A stretch of DNA of 62,465 nucleotides from an uncultured Bdellovibrionales bacterium (GCA_964636505.1 CAZWRY010000004.1:4985-67449); one strand, 5' to 3'; positions 1 to 9,187 are shown, counted from the stretch's first letter. A program made the numbers and translations. The notes: generated from the letters alone by a model not told the origin.

Positions 1-870
1 CCCCCTATAAGGTATTGCACTCCTTTTTATTAACTCTGTTTGATGTGTTTTAATCTCAACCAAACAAATTGAACTAATCATGCCTGCAGTTTTTAGAAGT
101 CCATCCGCCCTCTTACCAGAATTATTAAAATCACTACCACTTACCACCTGCTCGAGTTTTTTTCCCTCTAATGGAGAGTTAAAAATAAAATTCAACCCAT
201 ATCCAAATATCCAAGGATTATTTTCGAAAAAAAATTGCCATACATCCTCTTTCTTGCTCTTTTTCCATTCGTTCATTTGTTGCTCAAAAAATTCTTTGTC
301 CGTCAAAAGTCTTGAGAATATCTCCAGTTGTTTTTTTCTGTATCCTAATGCAACGATATCAGCTTTAGTAATTTTATTTTGAGCAAACTCGAAAAAAAAG
401 TCGAGGTCTGGATTTTTCGATAAAAACTCCTTAACCTTCCTTATTTCGTCGTCTTCGACTCTTGACTTGTCATCACTACTAAAATCCAAATAAGGCATGG
501 ACTCTATAAAATCCTTAAGTATTCGAATCTCAAATGGATTAAAGGAAAAAGATGTCTCAGATGAACCACTAAGAGATGAGAATTTTTGTATGACTAACTG
601 AATAATTCCCTTATTATCCTCAAACACTTTAGCTTTTACTTGTTGCCTGCCCTTATGCGTAACTCTCAGCACAGTTTCTCCCCTAAGACTCATCTCTGTA
701 ATACCATCTTCCCCATCAATCACCTTTGTTACGAATCTGAGACCCCTTTTCGAGCCATCAGGTCGCTTACCAAAAAAACGTTTACTTATATAAGTCTTCC
801 CTGTGAGCCTTCCTTTAAAATAATCAGCTTCTGTAAACTCATCTTCATTTTTGGAAATCCCTGGTGACAT
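1..870 (-). CDS. sduA: Shedu-family anti-phage nuclease (DUF4263), 5' part; runs off the window edge
   Basis: Manual translation from ATG at 870 gives 290 open codons: MSPGISKNEDEFTEADYFKGRLTGKTYISKRF...EDVWQFFFENNPWIFGYGL...GKRADGLLKTAG...ICLVEIKTHQTELIKRSAIPYRG. The WQxFFExNxWIFGYGL and D...EIK motifs match the Shedu PD-(D/E)xK core as I recall it. Absent from the ORF track because no stop lies in the window. Confidence 0.8.
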   Translation of the reverse strand, partial: MSPGISKNEDEFTEADYFKGRLTGKTYISKRFFGKRPDGSKRGLRFVTKVIDGEDGITEMSLRGETVLRVTHKGRQQVKAKVFEDNKGIIQLVIQKFSSLSGSSETSFSFNPFEIRILKDFIESMPYLDFSSDDKSRVEDDEIRKVKEFLSKNPDLDFFFEFAQNKITKADIVALGYRKKQLEIFSRLLTDKEFFEQQMNEWKKSKKEDVWQFFFENNPWIFGYGLNFIFNSPLEGKKLEQVVSGSDFNNSGKRADGLLKTAGMISSICLVEIKTHQTELIKRSAIPYRG

Positions 871-970
871 AATCTGAATGCATTAATAATAAGAAAAAGT
901 CAACTTTAATATAGCTATCCTAGTCCCAAAATATAAAAAAATCAAGTAAACATTCCATATTTCAACAAAA

Positions 971-1059
971 CAAAAAACACCTCATACGAAGTGCTTTCAG
1001 TCTACAGTAAGACGATAAAATTAATCGCCGCTTATTGCGATTAATCCTTTGTGTTTATT
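971..1059 (-). repeat. Direct repeat copy 1 (hairpins plus terminator-like end)
   Basis: Shares identical 21-nt (995-1015 = 2367-2387) and 26-nt (1023-1048 = 2395-2420) blocks with copy 2. Confidence 0.9.
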
Positions 1060-1119
1060 CCAAACCAAGACAAATTCTTAGAAAACAAAAGATTGAACAA
1101 CCTAATCAATTTCAAAATA

Positions 1120-2307
1120 TCACCAAGAAACATCCAATCCGTCTGCTATTTTCACAAGCGACTGTTTGGGCTTATCCAAATCCATTATGAATATTTCCCC
1201 TTTTTCTGAATATGAAGGCTGATTTTTATTGGATAAACTGAATAAGACCCAATTCGGATTTTCCGGATAAAACCATGCCTGATATTCGACAGAATATTGA
1301 TTTGAAATATCTTGTGGTAATTTTTCCTGAATCTTGCTCTCTATCTCTTTTAACTCATCTGTTTTTGTTAATTTTCCTGAAGTTGTATCATAAATCCAGT
1401 AAGATTGGACACCGGATGATGACCATCTATTATAATATAAAACAGAAATTTTTTCACTACTTAAAATTCTTCTTTTAGGAATTATTGAAGCGCTCAAATC
1501 TCCATCCAACCCAACGAGTGTTTTTTCCTTAAGAGATTCGATTGAAACTTTTTTTATTATAGACTTATCATAACCGTCAATTTCCAAATACCCATCATAA
1601 ACAAACTCTTCTTCACTAATCCATTCAACATATCTCCCTCCTTCAAATGAACCTTTTTTTCTTTTTTTATCCAAATCATATATGCTGATAGCCCCGACCA
1701 CATATGTCCCCGAATTAACAATCAGGTATTTTCCGTCAGGAGACCATGAGACAATCCTTCTCATCACAGGATCATCGGTATATATAGTGGACATACTTTT
1801 GTTATCTGAATTGAATATGCAAATTCTGTAATAATCTGAGTTATTAGCGTCATCGCTTTCATCTAGATCATCGCTTATTCCCTGCCCAGCGCAATCAGTT
1901 GTAGGATTATTGTGCAAGAAAGCAATTTTCTTTCCATCTGGAGAAATCAGAGGTTCCTCACCTTCACCTATTTTTTCGGCAACCTCCGAAACGCTTCTCA
2001 TGAAATAAATCTCCCCGTCCAATGCAAAAGCTATGCTCTTTTTTCTGATATATTCTGGCAAACTACTAACATCGAAATTGGCATTGGTATATTTCAAGAT
2101 TGTATCATCTGAAGTTTCGATTATACCTGCAGGTTCATTAGTCGTCTCAACCTGGCTAATTTCATTTACTTCCAGTTGCGAAATTGCCGAATTTTTTGAT
2201 TCTTCTTTATATCCAACCCTATCTCCAGTGTATATTAAAAATCCGAAAGATAGAGACAGGATAATTATAATTCCAATCGCCAACTCAATTGATACTTTCT
2301 TATTCAT
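1120..2307 (-). CDS. Membrane-anchored TolB/PD40-like beta-propeller protein
   Basis: ORF 1120..2346, likely start MNKKVSIE at 2307. N-terminal TM helix and SPDGK repeats (PLISPDGKKIAF, VSWSPDGKYLIV). TGnTATAAT at 2335-2343 upstream. Confidence 0.7.
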   Translation of the reverse strand: MNKKVSIELAIGIIIILSLSFGFLIYTGDRVGYKEESKNSAISQLEVNEISQVETTNEPAGIIETSDDTILKYTNANFDVSSLPEYIRKKSIAFALDGEIYFMRSVSEVAEKIGEGEEPLISPDGKKIAFLHNNPTTDCAGQGISDDLDESDDANNSDYYRICIFNSDNKSMSTIYTDDPVMRRIVSWSPDGKYLIVNSGTYVVGAISIYDLDKKRKKGSFEGGRYVEWISEEEFVYDGYLEIDGYDKSIIKKVSIESLKEKTLVGLDGDLSASIIPKRRILSSEKISVLYYNRWSSSGVQSYWIYDTTSGKLTKTDELKEIESKIQEKLPQDISNQYSVEYQAWFYPENPNWVLFSLSNKNQPSYSEKGEIFIMDLDKPKQSLVKIADGLDVSW

Positions 2308-2343
2308 ATATTTCAAAAATATTTTTATAATTAAATTATAACA

Positions 2344-2432
2344 CAAAAAAACACCTTTTCAGGTGTTTTCAGTCTACAGTAAGACGACAATAAAAATCGC
2401 CGCTTATTGCGATTAATCCTAATATGTTTATT
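2344..2432 (-). repeat. Direct repeat copy 2, ending in an intrinsic terminator (aaaacacc-tgaaaa-ggtgtttt-ttt)
   Basis: Matches 971-1059; hairpin plus T-run on the minus strand. Confidence 0.9.
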
Positions 2433-2565
2433 TGTTCTGAGCCATTGCTTACCCAATTGGTAAACAAAGTTTTACTTTGAGCCTAAGCTCAAGGCAAACG
2501 ACCGTATAGATTAGTCTGCTGTCCGAAGACAACAGAGTTCACCGTAACTCCCTAGAAAGGAGGTG
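2344..2565 (-). ncRNA. Structured non-coding segment starting with an anti-Shine-Dalgarno (CACCTCCTTTCTAGGGAG); resembles a 16S rRNA 3' end/trailer without the 16S gene
   Basis: Minus strand has CACCTCCTTTCT (2565-2554), then hairpins ctgttgtc-TTCG-gacagcag, ttgagc-ttag-gctcaa, ttacc-aatt-gggtaa, aatcgc-N8-gcgatt and a terminator. The identity is inferred. Confidence 0.45.
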
Positions 2566-2692
2566 TTTGAGAACGAATAGACTCGCGTAAAATCGGGCTT
2601 TTTTCTTCAGCTATTCCCTAGAAATAATTGTTAAATTTCACAGTTGCATTCTAGGATAGTATTGGGAAGTTAGCAAATTAGTTATCCCCTAT

Positions 2693-4639
2693 TTATTTCT
2701 GAAGTTTATCTATCGTCAGCGGACCGACAAACCCGGTTTGAGGCAATCCATTTTGAGCCTGAAATTTCCTTACCGCTTCAGTTGTAATCGGACCATAAAT
2801 TCCGGTAATATATTGAGAATCAAGCAATTCCAGCTGATTGAGTTTCTTTTGAATATTTTTGACTCCTTCAGTTGTCCCAGAATCAAAATCCGTGCCGTTC
2901 ACCAAGCCTCCGTTTTCGCTTGAACCGAAAGATAAGTTATCTAAATTTATTCGTTTATCAGCTTCTTCCGTATCAGCCCCTGGGTTAGTGACATATATTT
3001 TTCTCTTGTGATCGGTTTGGATTTCCATGAGTTTATCTAAGCAAAATTTAGCCACTATTTTCTGGCTGGATTTTTTGCTAACAGAGGAAGCTTTTTTGTT
3101 GCCGATTTTGACTTCTGCATCTTTGTCAAAATGTTTTCCTTTTATCGTAAGCTTGATCTTTTCACTGCAACTTCCATTATTGTCGATATATTTATATGCT
3201 TTCCAAGAAGTAATTTTTGCTTTTCGATCTTGTTCTTCATTTGAATTTGACTGATCTGCTTCATCTCCCTCATCCTCACCGGATTCTCCAGTCGTTCTGA
3301 AATTCCAAGTTGTTTTGTCGGAAATCCCGGCATAAAAATCAAAAGACTCGGTGTAAAAAGTGTCCGCATCGATTTGGATGTAAAAGTCGGTTCCTTCTTG
3401 AAAATTTTCGCCCGGATTTATTGTGACCAAATTTCCATCAATTATTACTGTACCTCCGATTGCTTGTTTCTCCCAGGTTTCACCTTCATCAGATGAAAAA
3501 TAGACATTTTCGCTAGAAAATATGGACAAAATAGATCCGTCTTGACTCAGTGCGCAGCCGCTCCACCATCCTGTATACAAATCACTACTCCAGTTTTCGC
3601 CTCCATCAATCGAAATAAAACTGCCTACGGAACCGTTAGCCAAAAGATGAGACCCGTTGTTATCCGTTGCGACATACCAGCCTTCAGACATTAAAGGAGT
3701 TGGGTCATTAAAATCCCAGTTTGATCCGCCATCGGTAGACACATAAACTCCGCCTCCGGTATTACTGACTGTTCCCAATATTATAGTTGATCCATCATCA
3801 TCCAGATCAGCCGATTGCCAAGAAAAACTATCGGAACTGGGAGGGCTGGGATTCAATTTGGTCCAAGAAGATCCTTTGTTATATGAAACATATACGCCTA
3901 CGCTATTATTGCTAGACCCTGCTAAAAGTACTGATCCGTCTCCATCAGAAGAAACCACATCCCAACTTTTGTCGGATACTCCGTTAGGAATAGATTCTGT
4001 CCAAGTCGCTCCGCTATCTTCGGAAATATAGACTTTGTCCTGCCAAGCTCCAACTATCAATACGGAGCCATCGTTATCGGAAGCAACAACTTGCCAATTT
4101 TTAGTAACTCCCTCTCCTGCCGGATATCTGGTTGTCCAGTGCTCACCTCCGTCGGTTGAAGTATAGACATAATCACCGTTAGCTACAGCCACCATTTTTA
4201 ATCCGTCATCGCTTATTGCCGCGCCATTCCAACTCGCTCCCTCAACAGGAGCCACTTCGGACCAGGAAGAACCTCCGTCGGAAGATACAAAAATCTTGCC
4301 TGAATTATCAGCCACAATCCAATTGGTGCCGTCGAGATCCGAAGCTACGCTTCGATAATCGGAACTTGAATTGACAGGAATAGTTTCTGCCGTTGAATCA
4401 TCGGATGCTTTTTTAATTTCAATATTTCCGGAATTCGTGGAAACTCCTTCCGAAAAAGTCATTGTTAAGTTTGAATTAACAGGAACATCAACCGCTCCGT
4501 CTTGGGGAGAATATTCAGTAACAGTCAACGCCGCGCAGACATTAGCTGCGAAAAAGAAATTGATCCAAAGGAAAGTAAGAGCAATTGCTGTAAAAATCGA
4601 ATATGCCAGAATACTTTTTCGGATATTTTTTGTTTTCAT
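2693..4639 (-). CDS. Secreted surface protein: Ig-like (Big_5-type) domain, BNR/Asp-box propeller, IPT-like domain and C-terminal peptidoglycan-binding domain
   Basis: Signal/TM segment, repeated SxDGGxxW Asp-boxes, and C-terminal GIYGPITTEAVRKFQAQNGLPQTGFVGPLT (PG_binding_1-like). Confidence 0.75.
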   Translation of the reverse strand: MKTKNIRKSILAYSIFTAIALTFLWINFFFAANVCAALTVTEYSPQDGAVDVPVNSNLTMTFSEGVSTNSGNIEIKKASDDSTAETIPVNSSSDYRSVASDLDGTNWIVADNSGKIFVSSDGGSSWSEVAPVEGASWNGAAISDDGLKMVAVANGDYVYTSTDGGEHWTTRYPAGEGVTKNWQVVASDNDGSVLIVGAWQDKVYISEDSGATWTESIPNGVSDKSWDVVSSDGDGSVLLAGSSNNSVGVYVSYNKGSSWTKLNPSPPSSDSFSWQSADLDDDGSTIILGTVSNTGGGVYVSTDGGSNWDFNDPTPLMSEGWYVATDNNGSHLLANGSVGSFISIDGGENWSSDLYTGWWSGCALSQDGSILSIFSSENVYFSSDEGETWEKQAIGGTVIIDGNLVTINPGENFQEGTDFYIQIDADTFYTESFDFYAGISDKTTWNFRTTGESGEDEGDEADQSNSNEEQDRKAKITSWKAYKYIDNNGSCSEKIKLTIKGKHFDKDAEVKIGNKKASSVSKKSSQKIVAKFCLDKLMEIQTDHKRKIYVTNPGADTEEADKRINLDNLSFGSSENGGLVNGTDFDSGTTEGVKNIQKKLNQLELLDSQYITGIYGPITTEAVRKFQAQNGLPQTGFVGPLTIDKLQK

Positions 4640-4731
4640 TTTTATTTTTCCCCGCTAATTTTAATTATTAAAATTTATTATACAATATAGATTATAACAA
4701 AAAATCAATTTTTAATAAAAAGGATGAACAT

Positions 4732-4970
4732 TTATTTGAGCCAGAAAAAGAACTTGTCTTTCACCATTTTCCTAAATTCTTCTACCAAAATTACTGAAAA
4801 AGCTATGCCGACAATAATCGCCCAATCCTTTCCATCCAAAGGAACTGTCCGCAACACCTTCTGAAAAAACGGATTATATACCGCCAATAATTGAAGTCCG
4901 ATTACGATACCAGTGGCTCCGACCAGAAATTTATTGGAAAACGGATTGGAAGTAAAAATTGATTTCACCA
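4732..4970 (-). pseudogene. C-terminal remnant of a cation-transporting P-type ATPase
   Basis: NPFSNKFLVGATGIVIGLQLLAVYNPFFQKVLRTVPLDGKDW matches the last TM helices of P-type ATPases. Everything upstream is replaced by the transposase region. Confidence 0.7.
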
Positions 4971-4974
4971 ATAT

Positions 4975-4995
4975 AGTAGAGGACAGTCCTCGACT
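4975..4995. repeat. REP-like palindrome with GTAG (aGTAGAGGACAGTCCTCGACt)
   Basis: Stem gagga/tcctc with a GTAG tetranucleotide, immediately after the transposase stop. Confidence 0.55.
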
Positions 4996-5002
4996 GAAAA
5001 AG

Positions 5003-5636
5003 TTATTCAATAAAAATGCCTTTAATTTTCTTCATATTGTCAATTTGACCTAGAGCGTACTTGAAATACTCTTTTTTATTTTTAAATTGTCCAAGAATAG
5101 AATCCCTCTCCAATATTAAACTCGGTTTTTTATTCGTATATTCCTTGAAGCTCGACCATGCGTATTTTTCTGTTTTTGAGAACCCATGAATCTCACAATT
5201 GCAATTAACATATGCTGAAGTATATAACAGTTGCTCATTAGTACTTATGTGCGTCGCCTTAAATCTTCCTTGAAAAATAACCCCTGAATGCTTATATTTT
5301 CTATTAAAATACATTGCATACCCGGTGCATATTTTTTTCATAAATGTGGCTACGCCGCCTAGTTTCCTTTCTCGGAGTATCGGAGTATTAGATGAAAATG
5401 ATTTGAATTCAAGCAATATGCTACGACGACAACGAGCCTCTCTTTTTCTTTAGGATAAGCATCTATTCCTGCCTCTCGCAAATCATTTATAACCCAACTT
5501 GGCTTTTCCGTATTGAAATCAAGTAATCAATAAAGCGCAGAAAGTCCTTTTCTTGAGTAAAAATATTTTTCTTTTCTACTCCGCGATTACAAATATGATA
5601 ATATTCTCCAATCGCAAATTCTATTTTCCTCCTCAT
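5003..5636 (-). pseudogene. REP-associated/IS200-like HUH (Y1) transposase with two frameshifts
   Basis: Three frames join into MRRKIEFAIGEYYHICNRGVEKKNIF.. / DFNTEKP..AYCLNSNHFHLILR (HUH) / ERKLGGVATFMKKICTGYAMYFNRKYKHSGVIFQGRFKA..YVNCN..WSSF. Shifts lie near 5520 and at an 8-bp tandem duplication (cggagtat x2, 5373-5388). Confidence 0.85.
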
Positions 5637-5696
5637 AAACAAATACCATCATTTCTTTTGTTTTTAGTCTAAAAAATAAAAAAAGTAAGCTCAAGG

Positions 5697-5768
5697 CTCC
5701 GCGACCAGGACTCGAACCTGGAACCAATTGATTAACAGTCAACTGCTCTACCATTGAGCTATCGCGGA
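5697..5768 (-). tRNA. tRNA-Asn(GTT)
   Basis: tccgcgatagctcaatggtagagcagttgactGTTaatcaattggttccaggttcgagtcctggtcgcggag folds as a cloverleaf; CCA not encoded. Confidence 0.95.
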
Positions 5769-5855
5769 GACTTAGTCTCACTTTTTGTTCTTGTATATAA
5801 GTCTCTTTCTATTATTTTTTAAATGATCGCTTCTTTGTATCGAAACTATCGCGGA

Positions 5856-5873
5856 ATCCGCCAACTGGCAGAT
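5856..5873. repeat. Imperfect palindrome ATCCGCCAACTGGCAGAT
   Basis: Variant of the perfect palindrome TCCGCCAGCTGGCGGA at 16475-16490. Confidence 0.5.
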
Positions 5874-5955
5874 CAATTTTCAAAGCAAAATCTATTATAT
5901 CAGAAAAAATAAAATAGGCAAGATTTTTAGGCCAAGCCTATTTTATCCAATTTTT

Positions 5956-7314
5956 TTAATAATCTTTGAGTTTTTTGACTGAAACATGCTCTCTAATTCT
6001 CTCCAAAGCCTTGGCTTCAATTTGGCGAATGCGTTCTCGCGTCACGCCAAACTCTTGACCAACTTCTTCCAATGTGTGCACTACTCCATCTTCAAGGCCA
6101 AATCTAATTTTCAAAATCTTTTGTTCTCTGGGCGTGAGAGTATCCAAAATTTCACCAATGTGATCTTTGAGTAATTTCCGAGAGGCCGATTGATTTGGCA
6201 TGATAGTTTCAGTGTCTTCAATAAAATCTCCGAGCACACTATCCTCCTCACTGTCACCGACAGATGTTTCCAGGGAAACTGTTTCTTGAGAAATTTTCAT
6301 AATGTGTCTCACCTTTTCAACTTCAATCCCCATTTCCACCGCGATTTCTTCCGGTAAGGGTTCCCGCCCCAAATCCTGCACCAAACGTCTGGTTACCTGA
6401 GTAAACTTATTTATCGTTTCTACCATATGCACCGGAATACGAATAGTTCTGGACTGATCGGCCAGAGCCCTTGTGATGGCTTGGCGAATCCACCAAGTAG
6501 CATAGGTTGAAAACTTATAGCCTTTGCGATAATCAAATTTTTCCACTGCACGAAACAAACCAATATTACCCTCTTGAATCAAATCCAGCAAAGACAGGTT
6601 ATGCGAACGTCCGACATATTTTTTGGCAATGCTCACCACCAAACGCAAGTTGGCTTCGGTCAATTTTTGTTTGGCTTGTAAGTCTCCTTTTTCAATTCTC
6701 TTGGCTAAAGATACTTCTTCTTCAGATTTCAAGAGATCCACTCTTCCGATTTCTCGGAGATACATTTGCACCAAATCAGAAGAAGCTTCTTCAATATCGC
6801 CAATCAAATCCTTTTTCTTTTTCTTGCCGGACTTTATTGAATCCATCTCTTCTCCAATCTTGTCCGTTTCCATTTTCAACATATCATCCGAACTCAAAAC
6901 ATTAATGCCAGTTTTTTCCATTCTTTCATAGAACTCTTCCAGCTTGTCTATGTTTTCTTCCGCATTCGGAATAGCATGCAAAATTTCATCTTCAGTAATA
7001 AAGCCTCTTTGTCTCCCGCGTACAATCAAATCTTCCAATAAATTCATTCTTTTCTTCTCGGACGCTTCTTTCTCTTCGGCTGTTTTGCGGACAACTTTTT
7101 TGATTTTTTTGATTGCTTTGGATTTCTTTTTATCCTTTTTTGGCTTAATTTTTTTGTGAATTTTTTTAGCTAGCTTTTTTTTCTCGGCCGGCTTTTTCTT
7201 GATTCTCTTGGACACCTTTTTCTTTACCGGTTTTTTTATCGCCTTTTTAGCCATTTTCTTGGCCCTTTTAAGCCTTTTTTTCTTTATTTTTTTAACCATT
7301 TTTTTAATAAACAA
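5956..7314 (-). CDS. rpoD: RNA polymerase primary sigma factor with Lys-rich N-terminal extension
   Basis: [40 protein letters not shown]; region 4 [20 protein letters not shown]. Confidence 0.97.
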   Translation of the reverse strand: MFIKKMVKKIKKKRLKRAKKMAKKAIKKPVKKKVSKRIKKKPAEKKKLAKKIHKKIKPKKDKKKSKAIKKIKKVVRKTAEEKEASEKKRMNLLEDLIVRGRQRGFITEDEILHAIPNAEENIDKLEEFYERMEKTGINVLSSDDMLKMETDKIGEEMDSIKSGKKKKKDLIGDIEEASSDLVQMYLREIGRVDLLKSEEEVSLAKRIEKGDLQAKQKLTEANLRLVVSIAKKYVGRSHNLSLLDLIQEGNIGLFRAVEKFDYRKGYKFSTYATWWIRQAITRALADQSRTIRIPVHMVETINKFTQVTRRLVQDLGREPLPEEIAVEMGIEVEKVRHIMKISQETVSLETSVGDSEEDSVLGDFIEDTETIMPNQSASRKLLKDHIGEILDTLTPREQKILKIRFGLEDGVVHTLEEVGQEFGVTRERIRQIEAKALERIREHVSVKKLKDY

Positions 7315-7323
7315 AATTTAAAT

Positions 7324-9138
7324 CTATTCTTTATTTTTCTCATTGATTTCTCCAAGAATTCGGCTGGCTTCTTGGCACAAAAACGTCACTGCTTCCCTGT
7401 CTTTTCTTTCCTCCGCTAATTTCAGATCATGTTGGATTTTTTCCAACTCTGCTTTCTTGTTTTCTTTTTTGATTTCTTCCAGAATTTTCACAAATTCCTT
7501 TTCCGGATTATCCACCATGATTTCTTCAATATTATTATTCAAGTCAAACCGATATTTTTTTTCAAAAAATATTTTCTCTACTTTTTTTTTGTTTTCCTCT
7601 TGGCTGATGCTGGAAAGAAGATTATCTAAATTAAAACCGAGCTTCTCCCCGTTTTCAAGCATAAATTTTAACAAGGCCTCTTTTTGAAAAACAGGATTTT
7701 CTTTTTCCTCGTTAAAAGCTTTCTTCCAAACATTTTTATAAACCAACATAAGCCCAATAATTTCTTGGACTAGAGTTTCTTTCTTGGTTTTAGGAGAAAA
7801 AGTCTCCTCGCTTTTCACGCTTCCCCCTGAAGTGTTCGTTGTTGTACTCTTAATATTAGCTTTTTTGAGCATATCCGTCAATATACCTTCTTTCACTTCT
7901 ACAACTTCTGCTAGCTTCTTTAGCCAATGACTTTTGGTTATTTCATTGGTCAAATTCCCAATCATTTCCAGAATTTCATCAGTAATTTTATTTTTCCCTT
8001 CAACTTCTTTTTTGTTATGCTTGGTTAGATTCTTTTGAAAAAAATATTCCATAGCTTCTGTTGCACTTTCAATGGATTTTTTCATCGCTTCTGGATTATT
8101 TTTGGCCAGTTCTGCTACATCTTTTCCGGACGGCAGTTCAACTACTCGAGCTTGAACATCTTTTTCAAAACAGAGTTTCATGCTTTTTTTAGTCGCGGCT
8201 TCACCAGCATTATCCATGTCAAAACACATTTCAACTTTATTAGTGTATCTTTTGATAACGCCCAAATGATCACTCGTCAGGGCTGTTCCAGAAACAGCTA
8301 CTACATTTTTGAAACCTGCTTGATTGGCCGCCAAAACATCCAGATTACCTTCTACCAAAAGAACTTCATTTTTCTGTTTAATCTCACTTTTAGCTTTATC
8401 GATACCATAAAGAACCTTGCTTTTATGATAAACTTCCGTTTCCGGAGTATTAATATATTTGGCTTGTGATTCATCTTGTCCAGGAGTCACTCTGGCACTA
8501 AAACCGACTATCTTCCCATTTGTATCAGCCACCGGAAACATAATTCTTTCCCTGAACCTGTCATAAAATCCCGATCCGCCTTTCTTTTTTTCTGACTTGA
8601 CCAAAAGCCCAGCTCTTTCTATTTCTGGAACACCGTATCCTCGACTTGTTAAAAATTTCAAAATGTTCTCCCAGCCTTTGGGAGCATAACCCAAGCGAAA
8701 TTCTCGAATCGTTTCATCTTTTAATCCTCTATCTCGTAAATAGTTCAGAATTTTGACTTTGCCTGGACCTTCCCAAAGCTGATATTCATAAAATTTGGTA
8801 GTAATTTCCAAAATCTCAAAAATTCTGTTTTTGTTAACTTCTGATTTTCCATCATATTTTTTTAATTCAACTCCGGCCTTATCCGCCAAAAGCTTCAGAG
8901 CCTCTCTGAATTCCAGTCCTTCCATTTCCATTACAAAACCGAAAATGTCCCCTCCTTTTTGGCAGCCAAAGCAATGCCAAATCTGTTTTTCTTCACTTAC
9001 CATAAAAGATGGGCTTTTTTCATTATGAAAAGGACAACGAGCTTTGAAGTTGGTGCCCGCCTTGTCTAAACGGATATATTCGCCCAAAACATCGACTATA
9101 TTAAGCCTATTTTTGATTTCCTCGACATCAGAATTCAT
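7324..9138 (-). CDS. dnaG: DNA primase
   Basis: CPFHNEKSPSF zinc finger; Toprim EGNLDV and FDMDNAG. Confidence 0.97.
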   Translation of the reverse strand: MNSDVEEIKNRLNIVDVLGEYIRLDKAGTNFKARCPFHNEKSPSFMVSEEKQIWHCFGCQKGGDIFGFVMEMEGLEFREALKLLADKAGVELKKYDGKSEVNKNRIFEILEITTKFYEYQLWEGPGKVKILNYLRDRGLKDETIREFRLGYAPKGWENILKFLTSRGYGVPEIERAGLLVKSEKKKGGSGFYDRFRERIMFPVADTNGKIVGFSARVTPGQDESQAKYINTPETEVYHKSKVLYGIDKAKSEIKQKNEVLLVEGNLDVLAANQAGFKNVVAVSGTALTSDHLGVIKRYTNKVEMCFDMDNAGEAATKKSMKLCFEKDVQARVVELPSGKDVAELAKNNPEAMKKSIESATEAMEYFFQKNLTKHNKKEVEGKNKITDEILEMIGNLTNEITKSHWLKKLAEVVEVKEGILTDMLKKANIKSTTTNTSGGSVKSEETFSPKTKKETLVQEIIGLMLVYKNVWKKAFNEEKENPVFQKEALLKFMLENGEKLGFNLDNLLSSISQEENKKKVEKIFFEKKYRFDLNNNIEEIMVDNPEKEFVKILEEIKKENKKAELEKIQHDLKLAEERKDREAVTFLCQEASRILGEINEKNKE

Positions 9139-9187
9139 AGTTTATTAGTATAAAATAGAGTATATATACTATATTATAATATTTGGC

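Noticed and set aside
80-867. Plus-strand ORFs 80..382 and 640..867
   Set aside because: Antisense shadows of the Shedu-like gene.
971-2432. Repeats as a CRISPR array or integron attC sites
   Set aside because: Only two copies 1.3 kb apart, no cas or intI gene, and no RYYYAAC/GTTRRRY ends.
2554-2590. Plus-strand AAAGGAGGTG as the RBS of a type I toxin peptide
   Set aside because: No suitably spaced start codon or hydrophobic ORF follows.
5579-5586. CTCCGCGA as an att duplication of the tRNA-Asn 3' end
   Set aside because: Only 8 bp and it coincides with the conserved NRG codons of the transposase.
5587-5781. 64-aa ORF
   Set aside because: Overlaps tRNA-Asn and the transposase 5' end in another frame.
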